Source: Candidatus Bathyarchaeota archaeon (GTDB taxonomy: Archaea > Thermoproteota > Bathyarchaeia > Bathyarchaeales > Bathycorpusculaceae). Taken from it: a DNA stretch of 64,000 bases. The notes under the pieces were generated by a model. That model ran no database searches, was not told where the DNA came from, and saw only the letters and a program-made list of their open reading frames with translations. This document shows, one piece after another, positions 61,116 through 64,000 of the stretch; within the stretch, counting starts at the first letter, position 1; each line of letters opens with the position of its first letter. The stretch lies in the NCBI GenBank assembly GCA_963772455.1, contig CAVYXJ010000010.1:288001-352000 (forward strand). The letters run 5' to 3'. The translations under genes were made by a program, and so were the position numbers.

Positions 61116-62333
61116 TTAGCTTTTTCGCGAAATTAGCATTGATCCTATCGTTGCCATTATGGCCGTCGTAACTATGACAACTATTGCTATGTCCACAAAA
61201 ATATCTGCATATAAGAGTCCGAGTTGCGCTGGCAAAGTAGCTAAAACCGCCGTGGCTAATCCTCTTGTCAAAATTACAGTCAGAATTTTACGTTCATTGC
61301 ACAATGAACATTTAACCGTGGTTAACCAAACTGCGCCATAACGGGTGACAAGCATAATTGCTGAAAGCACAACTCCCGAAATTAAAACAGTTACGCTTGA
61401 AACAGACGCGATAATGCCTAAGAAAACAAAGAAGAAAGTGCTGATTAGAAACGCCACTTCAGCCTCAAAGCGCTTCAAACCCTTAGTTACAGACAGTGTG
61501 ATTTTGCCTCCATTTTGGTTTGTATCGAGGTTTAGCCTAAACACTTTGAGAAGGTCGTGTTCATTTCCCAAAATCAAACCGAAAAGCAATACACACAAAA
61601 CCCCGCTTCCGCCTAAAACTTCAGTAGCGGCATAACCCAATAGCACAATACCTAAAGTCAGCATGTAGGTGAAAGGCAAAGAAGAGACTTTTTTTAATGC
61701 AAATAGCCAAGCAAAACCTAATCCAATGCCGACGACTAATCCGATGAGGAATTTGCCTGCGATGCCTATGCCGATTGCTGTTACGTTGGCGTTGCCTGTG
61801 ATTAAGATGTCGATTATGGCTATTGCAATGACGATGCTAAATATGTCGGTGATGGCGGATTCCAATATTAGTATGGTTGCGCCTTTTTCGCTGATTTTTA
61901 TTTTGTTTGCTAACGAAACCACGATTACTGAACTGCTTCCGCCAAATATTGCCCCGAAAAGTAACCCGTAGAGCAAAGGCATGTTTAAGGCGTACATCAT
62001 GAATGCTGCAACACCTAACATACTGAAAACAAAGCCCAGTATAGCCAGCAAGATTGCTTTTGGGCTGTTGTAGAGGACTTGTTTGATGTTTAATCCCATT
62101 CCCCCGTCAAATATGATGAAGGATAAAGCTAACGCGGCGATGTAAGGCGCGAAACTCTTTATTGCTTCTGGGGCAAATATTCCAAGGACAGGTCCAAAAA
62201 CGGCCCCTAAAAGTATGAGTATAAGCATGTCGGGAAATCCTGTTTTGTTGAAAAGGTGATTGGCTAAGAAACCAATCAAGATTATTAATGCACTTACAAT
62301 AAGTGCCAAGGAAACGGAATCAACCAAGTGCAA
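61116..62333 (-). CDS. Cation:proton antiporter (NhaP/CPA1-like)
   Basis: FDGG, LESAITD, FFFV.LG, RGLA motifs; about 12 TM. Confidence 0.9.
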   Translation of the reverse strand: MHLVDSVSLALIVSALIILIGFLANHLFNKTGFPDMLILILLGAVFGPVLGIFAPEAIKSFAPYIAALALSFIIFDGGMGLNIKQVLYNSPKAILLAILGFVFSMLGVAAFMMYALNMPLLYGLLFGAIFGGSSSVIVVSLANKIKISEKGATILILESAITDIFSIVIAIAIIDILITGNANVTAIGIGIAGKFLIGLVVGIGLGFAWLFALKKVSSLPFTYMLTLGIVLLGYAATEVLGGSGVLCVLLFGLILGNEHDLLKVFRLNLDTNQNGGKITLSVTKGLKRFEAEVAFLISTFFFVFLGIIASVSSVTVLISGVVLSAIMLVTRYGAVWLTTVKCSLCNERKILTVILTRGLATAVLATLPAQLGLLYADIFVDIAIVVIVTTAIMATIGSMLISRKS

Positions 62334-62546
62334 TCAAGTACACATCACATCGGGAATCGTTATTAAAACTTTCAGCGAAGAAACATTAATTGTGTTTTTA
62401 CAAAAAACCTAAAAGGTTCTCGAATCTATAGCATTCTGATCGTAGTGATAGTGTATAAACGCAGAAGAAACGCTATAAGCTTTTATAGATATGTTGATGA
62501 GAGATGTTAAAAAGAAAATGTCAGCTTCCGAGAGGATAAAGACTAA

Positions 62547-64000
62547 ATGCCCTACATAAAAAAAATTGAGTTAAAAGGCTTTAAGTCTTTTGGACCACAA
62601 ACAGTTAAAGTGAACCTTGATAGGGGTTTTACGGCGATTACGGGTCCAAACGGAAGCGGAAAAACCAATATTATGGATGCTCTTCTTTTTTCGCTTGGAG
62701 AACTTAGTACAAAAAGGCTTCGTGCTGAAAATTCGGCTAAACTAATTTTTCACGGGTCCGAAAAAGCTGGGCAAGAAAAATCCAAAATGGCCAAGGTAGT
62801 TGTACAATTTGATAATTCAGATGGAACTATGCCTGTTGATACAACTACAGTTACAATTTCTCGTGAAGTTTACCGAAACGGGCAGAGCGTTTACCGTTTG
62901 AATGGTCGTAGAATGTCGCGTACTCACATCACAGAAACGCTTTCCATGGCTGCAATAAGTAGCATGAGCCAAAATATTATCCCACAGGGCACTATTACAA
63001 GGTTAACTGATGTTAATCCGCTTGAAAGAAGAAAAATCATTGAGGATCTCATCGGCATAGCCCAATATGATGATGAAAAAACAGAAGCAGAGGAAAAGTT
63101 GCGTGCTGCCGATATTTCAATCCGGACAGCTATGGGTAGAATAGATGAAGTTCAAAAACGTCTCGATGATTTAGAACGTGAACGCAACCAACTTTTGCGC
63201 TACAATTTCATTCAGACCGAGACAAAAAAGTTTCAGGCAGTAAAAATTTCAAGCGACTTAACCCAAATGAACCTGAAAATTAATGAAAGTTCTGGACAGA
63301 CTGTTAAAGTTAAGGAGAGAGTTGACAAACTAAAAGAGCAAAGGGATCTTCGTAGAACCAAACGTCATGAGATTGAAGGGGACTGGCGAAAACTTAGTGG
63401 TGAAGGTCTTGAACAGGGTGGTTCAGAGGTTCTTAAAGTTCAAATTAAGATTGGCGAGTTAAAATCTAAATTAACTGAACTTTCTACGAAAATTAATTCT
63501 GGGCAATCTACTCTTGAAAGCTTTAAGCGTGTTCGAGAAAACAATCTTGCGCAACATGAAAACCTGAGAAATGAGATTAGAGAAAACCGCTTAAAGATTC
63601 GTCAATTCCGAAGTGAGCATGAAAAACTTAAAACTCAAATAACAGAAAAAGAAGCGGCGCACAGTGTTTTAGCCCAGGAAACAAGTCAGCTTTGGGGAGG
63701 ACTTGACAATAACAATCTTCAGATACGAGCGTTCGAAGCTCAAATTGAAAGTCATGTTAAACGAATTGCTTACTTGCGTTCAGTTTACACTCAGGATAAA
63801 TCAGCGCTTCGACTGTGCACTGGCAGAATTAAAAATTTAAGTGTTAGACGAGAGAGATTCCAAACCAGTCAGGTTGAAATAGAAAAATCTCTCTCTGAAC
63901 TTGAACAAGTTCAAAAAGAACAAAAAATCCAACTTAGGACTCTTGAAAATGCAATCGAGCGTAAAACAAGTCAGAAAGAAACAGTTCTAAAAGAAATTAC
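62547..64000 (+). CDS. smc: Chromosome segregation protein SMC, 3'-partial
   Basis: MPYIKKIELKGFKSF, GPNGSGKTN, IIPQG, then long coiled coil running off the window. Confidence 0.95.
   Translation, partial: MPYIKKIELKGFKSFGPQTVKVNLDRGFTAITGPNGSGKTNIMDALLFSLGELSTKRLRAENSAKLIFHGSEKAGQEKSKMAKVVVQFDNSDGTMPVDTTTVTISREVYRNGQSVYRLNGRRMSRTHITETLSMAAISSMSQNIIPQGTITRLTDVNPLERRKIIEDLIGIAQYDDEKTEAEEKLRAADISIRTAMGRIDEVQKRLDDLERERNQLLRYNFIQTETKKFQAVKISSDLTQMNLKINESSGQTVKVKERVDKLKEQRDLRRTKRHEIEGDWRKLSGEGLEQGGSEVLKVQIKIGELKSKLTELSTKINSGQSTLESFKRVRENNLAQHENLRNEIRENRLKIRQFRSEHEKLKTQITEKEAAHSVLAQETSQLWGGLDNNNLQIRAFEAQIESHVKRIAYLRSVYTQDKSALRLCTGRIKNLSVRRERFQTSQVEIEKSLSELEQVQKEQKIQLRTLENAIERKTSQKETVLKEI

Noticed and set aside
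1-64000. CRISPR arrays, rRNA, transposases, integrases, reverse transcriptases, inteins
   Set aside because: None detected by inspection of the sequence and ORF track

Overview
A gene-dense archaeal chromosomal window of roughly 39% GC (estimated by eye). The gene content (PolB1, two thermosome subunits, exosome/proteasome cluster, AglB, CarS, SMC, RpoD/RpoN) fits a TACK-group archaeon, most likely Bathyarchaeia; this placement is an inference. Most of it is housekeeping: cobS/cobY, endonuclease IV, ECF module, prefoldin, Sua5 and KEOPS subunits, ThyA, two MoeA, an RsmB-family enzyme, TopA, RadB, Clp1, XPD, psmA-SBDS-rrp4/41/42, the S13-rpoN operon, tRNA-Glu(CTC), a split glutamate synthase operon and the start of smc. 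The best candidate for an undescribed system is a minus-strand module at 44.9-47.7 kb: winged-HTH regulator, type IV pilin with indels confined to its head domain, coiled-coil protein, Roadblock-like/double-psi-barrel fusion and stand-alone Roadblock, with a shared promoter motif in front of the regulator and the pilin. Also notable are eukaryote-like proteins (OSTC/DC2-like near an STT3-like AglB, PAC4-like, PIG-V-like), two small ORFs missed by the ORF track, a pseudogene interrupted by a structured insert, and a possible pseudoknotted RNA. Frameshifts in the first 10 kb look like sequencing errors. All family calls rest on motif recognition only; no database searches were run.
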